A DNA stretch of 64,000 nt from Chrysomallon squamiferum (taxonomy: Eukaryota > Animalia > Mollusca): assembly GCA_012295275.1 (NCBI GenBank), contig CM022677.1:19902001-19966000 (forward strand), given 5' to 3'. Shown here piece by piece: positions 35,670-59,265 of this stretch. Position 1 is the first letter of the stretch, and each line of letters begins with the position of its first letter. Position numbers and translations under genes: made by a program. A model generated the notes under the pieces. That model did no database searches. It had not been told where the DNA came from and saw nothing but the letters and a program-made list of their open reading frames with translations.

Positions 35670-35861
35670 TACACGCACGCACACACACACACACGTACGT
35701 ATGTACATATATTTATGTGTGTTTATGTCTGTTTGTGTGTGTGTGTGAATGTGTGTGTGTTTGTGTGTGTGTGTGTGAATGTGTGTTTGTGTATCCAATT
35801 TTCTGACTTGCTATTTCTGAGTCTTATTTTCGCTTGTTGATTTTTCTCTGTGTTTCCCTTC

Positions 35862-35998
35862 CTCTGTATATCTCTGTATATCTCTGTATATCTCTGTATA
35901 TTTCTGTATATTTCTGTATATATCTGTATATATCTGTATATCTCTGAATATCTGTATATATCTGTATATATCTGTATATCTCTGTATATCTCTGTATA
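35862..35998. repeat. (TCTCTGTATA)n 10-bp-type tandem repeat
   Basis: Directly visible. Confidence 0.85.
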
Positions 35999-36223
35999 GC
36001 TGAGCCTGTTGAAATTGCTCCACAGTAATCATAAAGCTACAACAGCGGCGATAACAACAACGACAAAAATAATAATAAAAAAAACAACAACAACAAGACG
36101 AACAAGAAGAACAAGAACAGTAATAACAAAAGTAACAATAATAATAATAATAATAGTAAAATAATAAAATAAAAATCAGAAGAAGAAGAAGAAGAAGAGT
36201 AAGAAGAAAGAAACAAAGAAACA

Positions 36224-36263
<40 letters not shown>

Positions 36264-36867
36264 AAATGTCGATTAGGAAGAAAGAACGTATCTTCCCAAC
36301 CTCAGGTGGGCCTCTGAAATGACATGAAGGATGTTTTTGAGATTGGACGCTGTTCATCCCTAACATTATGTGAATATTTATTCAGAATGTGACATATATT
36401 TTTATATTTACCCGTCTAATCTTATTCAAACAGTCTCTTAATACGCAGTAAGTAGCCTTTTCATGCAAATAAAACGATTCGCATTGTACTTTTCTTCTGT
36501 ACAGTTGACGGGACTAACTCTAATCAAAGAACTGAAAAGAAACGATGGAATATAAAAACCCTCTGACGATTCAGAAAATTAAAAAATGTTCTGGGTTCAT
36601 CAGTGAAGTTACGAGAAAAGTTATATATATTTTTTTAATAAATTTATCATTACATCAGGAATTCTGGGGTTTTTTTTTTAAATTAATATCGATCTGAAAC
36701 TATATTGCTCTCAAAAAAATATATATATATATATCTCAATAAAAATTATTTTTAATCATTTAAAAATTTGCCAACATTCAAGTTAACAGTAATTTAGAAA
36801 AGAAAAAAAGAGAAAAAAATATATCGTTTGTTTTTGTAATAAAAAGATTTTGAAGACGAAAACAAGG

Positions 36868-37067
36868 ATGAATTTACTGAGTAGTTCCGGTTTACTTCTG
36901 TCGTTCTGCGCATGTATTCATGCGCACGGTCGTTTGGTGGAGCCCGCCGGAAGAGCGAGCGCCTGGAGATACGGTTTCCCAACACCAGTCAACTACAACG
37001 ACAACGAACTTTTCTGCGGAGGTTTCGGGGTAAGACAAGGATAGGTACATCTCTCTCTCTCTCTCTC

Positions 37068-37130
<63 letters not shown>

Positions 37131-37207
37131 TTCTCGTTCTCTCTCTGTCTCTCTCTGTTTGTCTCTCTCTGTTTCTCTCTTTCTCTCTCTTTCTCTCTCT
37201 CTCCCAG

Positions 37208-37245
<38 letters not shown>

Positions 37246-37469
37246 TCTGTCTCTCTCTCTCTCTCTGTCTCTCTCTCTCTCTCTCTGTCTGTCTCTCTCT
37301 GTGTCTCTCTCTCTCTCTCTGTCTCTCTGTGTGTCTCTCTCTCTCTCTCTCTTTCTCTTTCTCTGACTCTCTCTCTCTCTGTCTCTTTCTCTCTCTCTGA
37401 CTCTCTCTGTTTCTCTCTCTGTCTCTCTGTCTCTCTGTTTATCTGTCTCTGTCTCTCTATCTCTCTCTG

Positions 37470-37520
<51 letters not shown>

Positions 37521-37550
37521 GTCTCTCTTTTCTCTTTCTCTGTCTCTCTT

Positions 37551-37600
<50 letters not shown>

Positions 37601-39080
37601 CTCTCTTTATATCTCAGCCTCTCTATATATGTATATTTTTATCTCACTCTCTCTCTTTATCTCTTTCACTCTTTCTCTCTGTCTTCTCTTTTATTCCTTC
37701 TCTCTCTTTTTCACTGTTTGTTTATCCCTGTCACTCTCTTTCCTTTTTTTATATATATGTCTCTCTGTCTCTCCTATTATTTATCTCTCTCTATCTGTCT
37801 TTCTGTTTCCTCCGTCTCTGGTTTAGTATCTTTCTCTATATGTGCGCGCGTGTGTGTATGTGTATGTTTGTATATATGCCTGTGTGTGTGTGTGTTTGTG
37901 GGTGTTTTATATATCTCTCTATCTGCACACTTTCTGTCTGTCACTGACATACAAACCCTTTGATTTATATTTCGTATATTAATATTTATTTGCTTTACTT
38001 GTGTGTGACGTTTTACAAATTACAAAACTGGTACAAAAACTGGTAATACTAATTTTTAAAATATGTTTAGTTTAGTACATGAGTTCCTCAAAAAAAAAAA
38101 AAAAAAACGTTAATCATGTTGATCCATTAATAAACAAAATATTTTTCCAAATAAAATTTAAAAACAAATTGTACTTTAATTCTAAAAAATAAAGAAAACC
38201 TAAAAAAGAACACACAAAAAAAAACATGCTAATATCTAAAAACACGTTAAATACCTGAAACAACGTTTCTAATTTCGGCAAACTAATAACTCGAATGTAC
38301 ATATTACCGTGGTATTTAGGTTATCGCATACACCAGGTAAATTAGCGCCGCTATAGCGTTAATTTGAGAATAACACCTGTTTGTTTGAGCGAGCGAGACA
38401 CGTTCTGTGCAGGTTCTTACATACACTCACCTGTCTCTACCTGTCGTTTTTACCTATCTCAGCTGTGTAAACTATGTAAGTAATTCGCTAATCACGAAAG
38501 AGGATGTAGGATGCGTATTAGGAAGTAATTTGCGTTTCACGCTGCATGCGGAACGTAAACGGAACGTAAACGGAACGTAAGCGGAACGTAAACGGAACGT
38601 AAACGGAAACATAAAAGGAACGTGTCTATAAATCGTGTGTTAGACTGCGGGATCGACTCCCCACTGTGCGTGTTTTATTTATTTTCAATTTCCATATGGA
38701 ACGCCAGGAATCTCGCATTCGATTCTGGTTAATGTCCCATATTTAATTTTTATTGGGTATTATGATTTTTATTTTTATTTATTTATTTATTTTTTTTATT
38801 TATTTTTTTTTTTTTTTTTTTACGAAAAGAACATTTTTGCTGCCAAAATACGCCAGTAACTTTTGGAATTTAGATACGATTAACAATTAAACTTAAAGGT
38901 TTCTGTAACTGATTTTAAAACATGTTCATTTTATTGTAGATCCAATTTTATTTTATTTTATTTTATTGTTTTATATTTTGATTTCACCATTATCTTCAGA
39001 ATATTATCATCATGATGATCATACATGTTCTGTTTATATTGTTATTACTATCGTTGTCATAATCATCATCCTCTTCGTCA

Positions 39081-39114
<34 letters not shown>

Positions 39115-39273
39115 TATTCATTCGTTCATTCATTAATTCTTGTTCCTATTGTTGTTATTATCATCATCATCATATTATTATTATTATTATTATCATTATT
39201 ATTATTTATTCATTCATTCATTTTTGTTCTTATTATTGTTATTATCATCAGCATCACCAAATCGTCATCATCA

Positions 39274-39304
<31 letters not shown>

Positions 39305-39570
39305 TTTATTAATATTATTATTAATATTGTTACTATTATTATTATTATTATTATTATTATTATCATCATCATCATTGTTGTTGTTGTTCATCATTATTAT
39401 TATTATTATTGTTGTTGTTGTTGTTGTTATTATTATTATTTATTCATTCATTTATTCTTGTTCTTATTATTGTTATTATCATTATCATTATTATTGTTGT
39501 TGTTATTATATTATTATTGTTATTATTATTATTATTATTATAGTTGCTGTTGTTGTTGTTGTTGTTGTTG

Positions 39571-39659
<89 letters not shown>

Positions 39660-40985
39660 ATTGTTATCAGGTTCAGTGGGGACAAAATGACGGCAAATGT
39701 GGCGTCTGCGGCGATTCTTGGTCGCAGCCGGAACCACGTGACCACGAAGCCGGCGGCAAATACGCTACGGGACTCATTGTCAGAGAGTACACCCAGGGGC
39801 AGGTAATCACCGTCACCGTCGAAGTCACAGCCAATCACCTCGGCTTTTTCGAGTTTCGGCTGTGTCCGGTGAACAACGTGAAAGTCCGGGCAACACATGA
39901 GTGTCTCAATCGACACCTTCTGAAGAAGCTGAACGGCTCCACGCGTCATTACATCGGAACGAGGCTCGGGAAAATTGACGTCACGCTGCGACTGCCGGCT
40001 GACCTGACCTGCACGCAATGTTTTCTACAGTGGAGGTACCACGCAGGTAAACAAAATAAAAATATGGCGGTTGGGAGGCCTATTAGGGAAGGAATTAAAA
40101 TAAATAAATAAATAAATAAATAATTAATGAATAAATAAATAAATAGGAATGAATGAATAAATAAGCGGTAAAATAAATATGAATGAATAAATGAATGAAT
40201 GATGAATGAATGAATGAATGAATGAATATGAATGAATAAATAAGTAAGTAAGTGAATAAATAAATAATAAAACAAATAAACAAATATAAGGAAATCAAGG
40301 AAGAGAAAAGTAATAGAAAGAATGAAACAAAGAAAGAAGGACAGAGAAAGAAAGAAATGAGGGAGAAATATATAGAACGAAAGAAGAAAATAATATAAGA
40401 AAGAAAGCGCGAAAAGATGTAAAAAAAAAAAATAATAATAATAATAATGAAAGAAAGTTAAAAACAAAAAAGAAAGATGAAATAAAGAAAGATATAAAAC
40501 AAGAAAGTCAGAGACAAAAACATAAAATAAGAAAGTCAAAAATTAAAATTAAAATTTTATAAATATACAAAGAAAATGCATTTAAAAAACAAAAACAAAA
40601 ACAGAACGTGTAATAATAAACACTCTTTTATCTGACAGAAAACAGCTGGGGCAAGGACGAAGAGACCGGGAGGGAGTGTCTTGGGTGCGGTCGTGTACAG
40701 GAGGAATTCTACGGATGCGCTGACGTCGCCATCAAACCAAGAAACTGGACACCGACGAAGGCACCAACACACAGACCAACACCAACACCAACGACAACGA
40801 CAAAACGACCAGTCACCCAGAGGCCAACACCTAGACCGACGCCCAAACCTGTTACGCCAAAACCAGCAACGAAGAAGCCCAGTCAAACGATAACAGAGAA
40901 GCCAGCTGGTTCGCTGTCCGTCTGTGCGTTCATCTGCAGATTCAACAACGGACGAAACTGTCCGGATTACTGTCGTGACGCGTAG
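36868..40985 (+). CDS. AA15-type lytic polysaccharide monooxygenase, paralogue b
   Basis: Exons 36868-37029 (MNLLSSSGLLLSFCACIHA|HGRLVEPAGRASAWRYGFPTPVNYNDNELFCGGFG), 39671-40046 (GKCGVCGD...VTANHLGFFEFRLCP...QWRYHA), 40639-40985 (NSWG...CLGCGRVQEEFYGCADV, Pro/Thr linker, CAFICRFNNGRNCPDYC*). All junctions GT/AG and in phase; intact. Confidence 0.93.
38548..38612. repeat. (CGGAACGTAAA)n 11-bp tandem repeat, ~5-6 copies
   Basis: Directly visible in LPMO b intron 1. Confidence 0.85.
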
Positions 40986-41336
40986 TGTGACGTTTTTGAA
41001 AGAGGCGTGACGTTGTATGACGTTTTTGAAAGAGGCATGACGGGTATTCTGTCGTTCAGAAGTGACGAAGTGTTTTAATGAATGGCGTAGTAATATGTGT
41101 TGACGGTTTTTGCTACAGTTACAAGACAGTTAAAATCTCGGTGACATTTTTTTAAAATATATATACCTAGAGGTAGACAGATACATATATACATACATAC
41201 ATATATACACACGTTAGCTAGCTTCATAGATACATGAAAGAGACACACACACAAACATACATACATAAATACAAGAATACACACATACAGACACATACAC
41301 ACACATTTTATATATATAAATATATATATATATATT

Positions 41337-41370
<34 letters not shown>

Positions 41371-41724
41371 AGTTTAAAAAGAAAAAGAACTAGTACACAC
41401 AAACGTACACACACGTACGCACATAGAGATATACACATAGTATAAATGATACGTACACATAAATACATGCATACATATAACCATACATAAATACATATTA
41501 CATATTTATGTACACATGCAATTATGTACATCTAGAAAACACATACATTTATGTACATAATCTGAAATCTTGGGAGTCATACAAATATTTTACCGTATGT
41601 TATTGGTAATATTGTAAAAATATATAATCTTTTATTTTCTTTTCTTATCGTGTCCTTTTTTTTGTATTGTAGACAATAGTTTACTAGCATATATTTGTGT
41701 ACGTGTGTGTCTGTAAGAGTGTGT

Positions 41725-41840
<116 letters not shown>

Positions 41841-42433
41841 ACTGATAAACGCTTTTGTTTTAATAGTAGGACGCCACCTTGACAATGAAACCACTTTTGA
41901 CCAAACACGGCAAACATGTGACAACAACCGCACGCGCCGTTTTGTCTAAGTGAATTTTATCTAAACTTAATACACGACGCTGACAAACAAAGATGGAGGG
42001 AGGTAACTCTGTCTAAACAAGCCTGACCTTTCTTAAAAGTCAAAAAAAAAAAAAAAAAAAAAAAACCTGTGGAATCAGTGTAAACAGTTTCTTTTGTATA
42101 AATTATTGTATTACTGCGAGTGCCGATGCTGATGTTACTGCTACTACTACAGCTACTACTACGACTATTACTACTTGTATAACTACAGCTCTGCAACCAC
42201 TGCAACGACAGTTGTAATTGTCACAGTTTCTTTCATAATCATCATTCTTATTATTCCTCTGATTTTGTTTTTAAGTTATTTATTTGTTTGTTTATTTGTT
42301 TGTTTATTTGTTTATTTGTTTGTTTATTTGTTTGTTTGTTTGTTTGTTTGTCATATACTTACATACTTATGCTGTCTTCATGATGATGATGATAAAACAG
42401 AAGCAAATGGAAATGATACCAAAATAATAATAA

Positions 42434-42464
<31 letters not shown>

Positions 42465-42719
42465 AAGAAGAAGAAGAAGAAGAAGAAGAAGAAGAAGAAA
42501 CAATAAACAATAAAAGTAACAACAATAAAAAAGAATAATACAACACAAAAACAAACAATAAAAATACTCGAATAAGTAAAAGCGTCAAACCATGAAATGA
42601 TAATAACAATAACAAAATAATTGTAATAACAACAACAATATATTAATAGCAACAAATAAATAAATTTAAAACTACAAATTGACGAAACGAAAAAAAAAAC
42701 ATCAATAATTTTAATAATG

Positions 42720-42767
<48 letters not shown>

Positions 42768-43157
42768 TAATAATAAACGAAAAAACTAATTAGCAAAAAT
42801 TAGCAACTGTTAAAGAAGAGAGAAAGAGAGAGAACTGAAAAACAACAAAAAGAAAAAAACTGAACTAAGACAGAGGACAGAGAATCACACGCAGAAACAA
42901 ACTCGACGAGTGAAATTTGCAACATTTCCCAAGCAGACGAGACAATGTCACGCGCAGACACGTTCTGTTTGCAAAAAAAAAATATCCATCGTTCGCTCTT
43001 AGTTCAAAGTGTAGTGAAAGCGAAAGAAACGAGAAACAGAAATAAGTGTTTCTTTTTTTAGAAATCATCGCTTTGTCTTTGCATCGCGAAATCTTCAAGT
43101 AAACAACTGATATAAAAAAAACAACGATAAAACGAAGATTTTTCTTTTTCTTTTTTT

Positions 43158-43200
<43 letters not shown>

Positions 43201-44344
43201 CCAGGCTAAGAAGTATCAATGAAATGGCGAAGTTTGTTGATTTTTTTTTTTTTTGTCATAGGCGACGGACGGGCCGCTTAGGCACGGAAACCAAACAAGC
43301 CGAATCAACACGACACTCGGAAAGCTGCGACATCGAACTCTTCGCATGCTGCAGTCGTTGTCGTCGTATCGAGGATGCGATCGTCGTAAGACGGAGTCGG
43401 GGCCTCGGAGCCACGCTTCGCGCTCTGACGCCGCGGTCACGTGACAAGGCGGCGCGTGCGTTGACGACGTTGCACCAGATCAGATTTCGTTTTGTCGTTT
43501 GCGGTGTGTATCTTGACGAGCGGAACAGGCATGTGGCACCCCGTCGACAACGTCGGATGATACGACAGTCACGCTGTGGCAGCACTTGGTGTTGTCGTCG
43601 TTTTACTTACCTGATGTTTACAACAATAAAAACAAAGCAGAAGTTTTCGTCCACTCCGCGGAACAGCACGCGCTTTGTCGTCTGCTAAACCTGAAAAAGT
43701 ACAACAACGTATAGGAAGGCACAGTTACACAGACTGAGTATACCGTAGATAACTGACTGATATACTGTGAAGTGAAGCTGATACACAGAAACACGATATT
43801 CTATACAACTTCACGATAACGATATACGATATATTAAACCTACATATATATATATATATATATATAAATATGTATATATATATGAAGACAATTTCTGAAC
43901 TGAATTACAACATATTTTAGTTTGGATGTCGATATATTGTGGACTTATTATACACTGGATGAAGAAATTCCGACGTTCATTGAGAGAATAGAATACATTT
44001 TACAACAAATTCAGACGTTTTCTTAGACTGTATACGAAGTGGTGTCTTTTTTACTTTCTAAACATAAAACATTCTTTATATTGGACTATTGAGCATTCTG
44101 CTGTGAAGTGTTCGGAAACCCGCAACAACGGAATATACCAATCCAACCACTGAAGATTCGTACATTTAATAAATTGGATAACCGTGGACTTCAACATTTT
44201 GAAAATACTTCGTGTGAAGTACTTTGATAATAACATTATTTTTCTTTATATCTGCAGAAGCTGCCATATCGTAGCATTAAACGAAAACTGGACAAAATAT
44301 TGCTTTAGTGATTATGTGAATTTAAACTGAGGCGTGAGACCTTC

Positions 44345-44375
<31 letters not shown>

Positions 44376-44391
44376 AGATTAGAAAGATAGA

Positions 44392-44426
<35 letters not shown>

Positions 44427-44541
44427 AGCAGCGAGAAAGATGGATTTTGAACCGAAGCAAAAGAGAACATTTTATCTTATTTAAACTGACTTTTGATTTA
44501 TAAATAAACTTTAAAAAAAAAGAAAAATTTGACAAAACAAA

Positions 44542-52336
<7,795 letters not shown>

Positions 52337-53201
52337 CATCATTACGTAGATAAATCAAAATACATTTTCGACTTGTGATAGTTTTTCAACAATTTTTGGT
52401 TATGAAACAAACTAAAAAAGAAAAATGAAACGAAAGATAAAGGGTGAATTAAAAATAGAAAGAAAGGAAGAACGAAAAGAAGAAATAAAGTATTTAAAAG
52501 AAAATAAAGAAAGAAAAGCGAGACAATAGTGAATTTCTTGAACAAATGGACAACGATGCGATTTTTTCACGAAAGCAATCGTATATTTCCGTCACACGTC
52601 GGAGATCACAAACATATGTAAATATATGTATTGAACTAAGAGTGTGTAATACACGATCAAACATAAGCCATAATGACCTTGACTATAAATGAAAACAAAT
52701 ATACTCCATTAGTATATTTAATACTATGAATTTCTATTTAATAATCGGAAATTTCGTTACCATAACGATATTTCGTCATCAACAATCACTTGTCGGAACA
52801 ATTTGTGCAAGATGACGTCATGTTTTATAGCATTACGAAACAACATGTATATAGTATTCGGTTTTTGTGTCAAATGCTTTCGACACTGCAATTTATATTT
52901 TAAATATTTTTATACTGAATGTATTTGGGTATACGGGCATAATTCTACTTTCAATTTCATTTTAATTTCTACGTTTTTTATTATGTTTTATAATAATTGC
53001 AATGAAGGGTGTGATTCAGTAGTAAAATTTCAGTTCTGTTAAGCACTGAAAATAAATCACTTACAAGATAACGAAAAATTCAGACAAAAAAATTACGAAG
53101 AACAAATAACATTGCAGAACAGTTTTTTTATTTTTCTTCTTCTTCTTCTTTTTCTTCTTCTTCTTCATCTTCTTCTCCTCATCATCATCATTATTATTAT
53201 A

Positions 53202-53291
<90 letters not shown>

Positions 53292-54771
53292 TTGTTATTT
53301 TTGTTCTTCCTTTTATGTTAATGTCACAAGTAATTAAAAAGGAGTTACAGCAAATTCTGTTTCCCCTTTATGTTAATTTACAAGAACAAGATTAGATCTG
53401 CTGATAAATTAATTATATTAATATTAATTTGTTTCATTGTTATGTCCTATCTGTTTCTTTTTCTCCTCTTCTTCTTCTTCTTCTTCTTCTTAAATATTGT
53501 GACACATTATATGAACAAGTAACAACTATGAACAAAAACATATTCAATATTTATTTCATTAATATAAAACGTAGTAACTATACAACAATTAGAATTACGT
53601 CATATAGAATGCCATGAGGTCATACTGAATAAGTAATCATTTTAACAATATTCTTTTATCTGTGTTTGTATGCATGTGTGAATGTATATGTGTGTATGTA
53701 TGTATGTATATGTGTGTATGTATGTATGCATGCGCGTATGAATGTATGTACATATACATATATGTTGAGTATGTGGATGTGTGTGTGCCTATATTCAAAT
53801 AATTACTGACTGCTTTAGTTGTGTCATTCTGTGCATGTGCGTGTATGTGCGTGTGTGTGAGCTTTTATGCTGTTTTAGTTAATACTTTAATTCCGCGTTT
53901 ATCCTGACTTAAAGCATAAGCATTAGATATCAAATTGTTAGAAACGTTTTCTTTTCCTTGTGTTACGTGTTTTCTGGTGTCTTGTATTTTTCTCTCTCTT
54001 TCTTTAGTGGCTTACTTATTTCATTCTATTTTAATTTCTTTTCTTTCTTACTTTCTCTTCTTTTCTTTTCTTTGTTCTACTAGCTGATCAAAAATAGGTA
54101 ATTTTTGTACATAAATATAAAGCCTGTTCTACAAAGGAACACAATCGTTCCGATGTCAGATCTTGGTATTCAAGAAACTGTGACGTCATCACTGTTGTGA
54201 CGTAATTTATGGATTCGCTTGTATAGCATTTCTGTGGATGTTGATGCATATTTGCAGATTAACACATAACAGGTCGTGTTTTTTTTGTTTGTTTTTTTGT
54301 ATGTTTTTTTTTTTTTTTTTTCTTTATACAGTTCTGTAACACGTGTATTTAACTGCAATAAATATATTTATCTACAATTTTTCATCTTTTGCAATTATTA
54401 CCCTGTTTGGTGATGTGTTACGATTAAGAAATAAAAACAAATTAAATTAAACTAAAAAATAAACAAAAAAACAGACAAAAAAAAAACAAATAAACACCCC
54501 CACACACACACACACATATACATATCTATATCAGAATATACGTATATCACTTACACGTATACCTGCAGTGATACAAATACTCTAAATAAATTATTCATAC
54601 TTTCAAGCTATTATCTGTTTGTTTCATCTGACCTAGCACCACTCACAACAAAAACAAAAAATAAAAAATTAGTATAATAATGAAATAATAAAATTACAAT
54701 AGTTTTAACTCCCGCCATTTCACATATGTCACTTCACATCTAGAGTTATGACGTCATAAGTTATGTCGTCA

Positions 54772-54862
54772 TGAGTTACGGCGTCATATCGTACAAACCA
54801 CATATAGATAACTGTATAAAATGACGACGCCTAATTATTTTGAACTATGAGGATTTTATTGC

Positions 54863-54932
<70 letters not shown>

Positions 54933-55012
54933 TTATTATTGTTATTAATAGGCTGGACGGATAAAACACATAATATAAAATTCAACATTACTTGGAAGTG
55001 CAAGAATATATT
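54772..55012. repeat. Dispersed repeat with internal (ATT)n, copy 1
   Basis: GCGTCATATC..ACCACATATAGATAACTGTATAAAATGACGACGCC...TTATTAATAGGCTGGACGGATAAAACACATAATATAAAATTCAACATTACTTGGAAGTG shared with 61196-61392 in the same orientation. Confidence 0.85.
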
Positions 55013-55055
55013 TAGACTATTTCTTTTAATGACGACGACAGGCACGCACGCACGT

Positions 55056-55090
<35 letters not shown>

Positions 55091-55098
55091 CACACACA

Positions 55099-55129
<31 letters not shown>

Positions 55130-55144
55130 CTAATTAACATTAGT

Positions 55145-57491
55145 TTAAGTATAAGGTAAATACATATCATACTGCTCTGAGTTCTCGATGTCTCTTTTGG
55201 TTACACACATTTCGCAGTCCAAGCGTCCATCCATCCTCGTTTGGCGAGGTTGAATCCAATACAGTTTTCTCCAAATGTCGTCCGGCAGATCACGTGACAA
55301 CCAATGCTGTCGTCAGCTCGCACGTGCAGCGATCTTCGACAGACGAGCTTCCTGTTTAGATGTCGTTTGTATCTGCTTTCATATCGACACTGAGAGAGAG
55401 CGAGAGAAATAAAAAAAAATAGCAGTGTGTTAATTATGTCTGTTAGTTGAAGAGTGTGATTTCAAAATAAACATAGTAAACAATACTAAAGAAAAACAGA
55501 TAAAGAAGGAAAGAAAGGAAAGAGTCAGTGAAAGAAGAGAAGAAAGAATGAATGAATGAAATATATGTACGTATCGTGTAAAAAATTGAAGACAAAGAAA
55601 CAAAGAATGAATGAATGAATGAAAGAAACAAAGAAGGAAGAAAGTAAATAAACGAACAAACAAACAAACAAACAAAATGAAAGAAAACGAATATATTGTT
55701 ATTTGGAATTTAGCACACAAACACACACCCAAACACACACACACAGACACACACACGCGCGCGCACACACACACATATATATAAAAGGAAAAGATGAAAG
55801 AAAAAAAATAACGATGATGACGAAGAAGAAGAATATGATGATAACAACAGAGAACAAGAAAATGATATTAAGAACTGGAGATGATGAGAGGGCAACAGAA
55901 GAAGGTGGTGATGAAATATATAAGTAATAAGTAACAAGTTATACGGGTACCTGGTTAGCGATCGGCATAGGTGCCAGTCTAAACGAGATCGTCCGACATC
56001 TAGCGTAGGCGAGTACGTAGGCACCGAACGGCTCCGACAGATCCGTTTCTACCACGTTGGCTTTGTCGCCAAGCGACAGCGTAATCGAGGTAGCCACGTA
56101 CGACGTGTACGCTGACGTCTTCCAGACGACTCCCGAACTCAGCTTATATCCATTCAGAGTTATCTGCCCTTGGCAGCCCTCTCTGATGATGAGAACGAGT
56201 TTGTAGGCGATCGTTACCTTCAGATTATTCATAACTGGTACACTGAACACGTACTTAGACCCCGTGAACGGCACACTGTCAACAATCAGCATCGACGCGT
56301 CCGTTTCAATGCCGCTGAACGTGAAAACTGCAGCGACCAGCGGACGGTCGGAAATCACGTGATGAACGGACCTTCTCGTCAGTGTTACTTGAGCGAACTG
56401 ATGCGCCTGCGCGATCTCGAACGCGCTCCCGCCGTCCAGTCTTATCCGGGTGCTGTTGTCAATGGCGACGAGCGTCAGAAGATCCTTCTCGCCCCCGGGG
56501 AAAGGTAAATATATGACGAATTCGCTGCCGAGTTCGGACAACTTCGGGACTTGTTCGACCATGTAGTCGAGACACTGGCCGAAGGCGTACGTTCGGTTAT
56601 GTCCGGAGAAAACGGCGACTCTTTTGTCCGACCAGACCACCGTTCCCGTCAGGTCCCCGGAACTCTGCAGCTGAAGCGCTTCCAAAGCGTTCAAGGTCAG
56701 GGTCAGGTTAGACGACGTCACAACGTTCCGACCTCTGACGTTGACTCGGATCGGAGCGCTCCCAGCGGGAAGCGTCACCCGAACGAGGGTCGAGTCGAAC
56801 GGTGCGGCCACGTGCACGAAAGCACCGGCGAGTCTGTCGTGGAAGGAGGGGACGACGTAGTCCAGTCCCAGGGTCCTCAGCTCCCTTATCTGCACACCGT
56901 CCTCGTTCGACGTCTGGTTGTTTACGAAAATTACCGACAGCGGTTTCGTGGCCTTTACGAGGACGGAACGAGTAGAGACGAGTGACGTCGGAGGCATTCG
57001 CACGCTGGAAGGTATCAGCAGCCGTCTGCTCTCGTTCGCCGACAGGTTGAACGTCTGCAGGAGACGTGACGCGGGAGACAGGAACGGAATCACCAAGGAG
57101 ACGGTGACGTCATACTCCGTGGCCAAGTAGACCGACGAAGGAATGTCCTCCCGCGATCTGTTGTTGTAACCGAACACGCCGAGGTAGTTGTACATGCACT
57201 CGTCCACGTGTTCTGGAATGAAAGAAAGAAAGAATGAAGGAAGGAAGGAAGGAAGGAACGGACAGGAAAAAAATAAAATAAAAAATACCCCAAAATACGT
57301 AGACCGAACTAACGAACGAACCAAAAAAAAATAAAATAAATAAAAAGACCCCAAAATACGACATAACTTCATAGGTAGAAGACTATCATAGATAGAATAG
57401 ATAGATAGAAAAAGATAATAGAAATATGATAGACAGACAGAAATACAGACATAACTTCACAGACAGACAGACAGACATAGATAGATAGATG

Positions 57492-57584
<93 letters not shown>

Positions 57585-57669
57585 GCAGAGAGAGACAGAC
57601 AGACAGATTATATAGATAGATAGACAGACAGACAGACAGGTAGGTAGGTAGGTAGGTAGACAGATAGAC

Positions 57670-57767
<98 letters not shown>

Positions 57768-58017
57768 ACAGGCAGAGAGAGACAAACAGACAGCTAGATA
57801 AATAGATAAATAAATAGAGAGATAGATAGACAGACAGACAGACAGACAAATAGAGAGAGAGCTATAATAATAATAGTAACAGTTGATGTAGTAATAGCAG
57901 TAATAGTTGTCGTAGTAGTTGCAGTAGTTGTAGCAGCAGCAGCAGCACTGGCAGTTTACCTGAAGCGTGCGTGTAGCTGACGAAGAGAACGAACGAAATC
58001 CAAACTAAGTTCATCAT
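55145..58017 (-). CDS. Secreted protein with IgGFc-binding protein N-terminal domain and C-terminal PAN/apple-like domain
   Basis: Exon 58017-57960 (signal peptide [19 protein letters not shown]), exon 57212-55951 ([58 protein letters not shown]: motifs of the IgGFc_binding domain), exon from 55389 (CHVIC..CIGFNL; stop at 55201 as read, or with one frameshift LDCEMC...YDMY to stop 55145). Confidence 0.87.
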
Positions 58018-58921
58018 CGCGTCCAGAGGTCGCAAAACAGCGTCCGCCTCTCAGTAAACGAAGTCAGAATTACTGCTGCAGTACAGTCGAACGAATCCCC
58101 AGTGATGTCGAAACAAACGCTCGTAGGTTGCTGCTAGACTGTGTCAAACAATCTCAGGCCCATCAGCTTGATAGCGTTATTCATATTAATGATTTTCTCA
58201 TGTTTCGTTGTTGGCAACGAAATAATACTAAGGGCTTGGGATTACGTCACTGTGCGATAGATTCTGTACGTTACTGAACAGATGTTAGATACGTAAGTCA
58301 GATTAATAGAAAGGATATATGATTGAAGCTGTAGATAGATTAGATAGTTAGACAGACAGGTAGATAGATAAAAAAAACAGACACACTGAAACACAGACAT
58401 ACAGATAGATAGAAAAAGACAGAGAAAGCAACAGACAAATAGACGGAGGGGCGGACAAACAAAAAGACAGACAGACAGACAGAGAGACAGATAGATACAA
58501 TGACAGATAGATAGATAGAAAGATAGATATACAGACAGACAGACAGACAGACAGATAGACGGATAGATACACATAAAAAACAAGTAGATAGATACTAGTA
58601 CATATATATGCAAACAATCTGTACATAGCATTAAAAGCCAAAAACAAAAATAATTATCTAGATTATCATAATGAACATACTCTCTAAGTTTTATGGTTTT
58701 ATATTGTCTGTGTCTGTGTGTGTGTGTGTCTGTGTGTTCACCGCTAAAATAATAGTTTTATCAGCTCCTGAAAGATTATTATTGTTTTTTAACTGTAAGT
58801 TTTTATTAACAATTCCTGCCATGAAGACAAAAAAAAATCAATGAGGTGCTTTTCAGTTCTGTTCTATCAAAATATCAAGTGTCATGACGCAAATTGATAT
58901 GTTGTACTTCTAACTGTTAGT

Positions 58922-58966
<45 letters not shown>

Positions 58967-59157
58967 CTGAAAAACAACACCCGTAATTCTCTCTGTCTGT
59001 CACTGCCATGTACGCACATTGTTAACACTGAATTAGAAAACTCAGATTAATTTTTTTTTGTTGTTGTTTTTTTTTGTTTTTTCTCGTTTCCACCACGCGA
59101 CAGGAAACACTGTTTCATATTTGTATCGACCGCGTATCAGAGTAGTGAATTTGTAAT

Positions 59158-59265
<108 letters not shown>

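Noticed and set aside
37050-37950. 262-aa Ser/Leu ORF and the many poly-I/L/Y/RE/HT ORFs in the track
   Set aside because: Translations of (CT)n, (ATT)n, (ACT)n, (GA)n, (CA)n and (GATA)n microsatellites.
43224-43688. 154-aa and 109-aa overlapping Arg-rich ORFs
   Set aside because: No recognisable motif, no consistent splice partners; more likely a CpG-rich regulatory/UTR region upstream of LPMO c.
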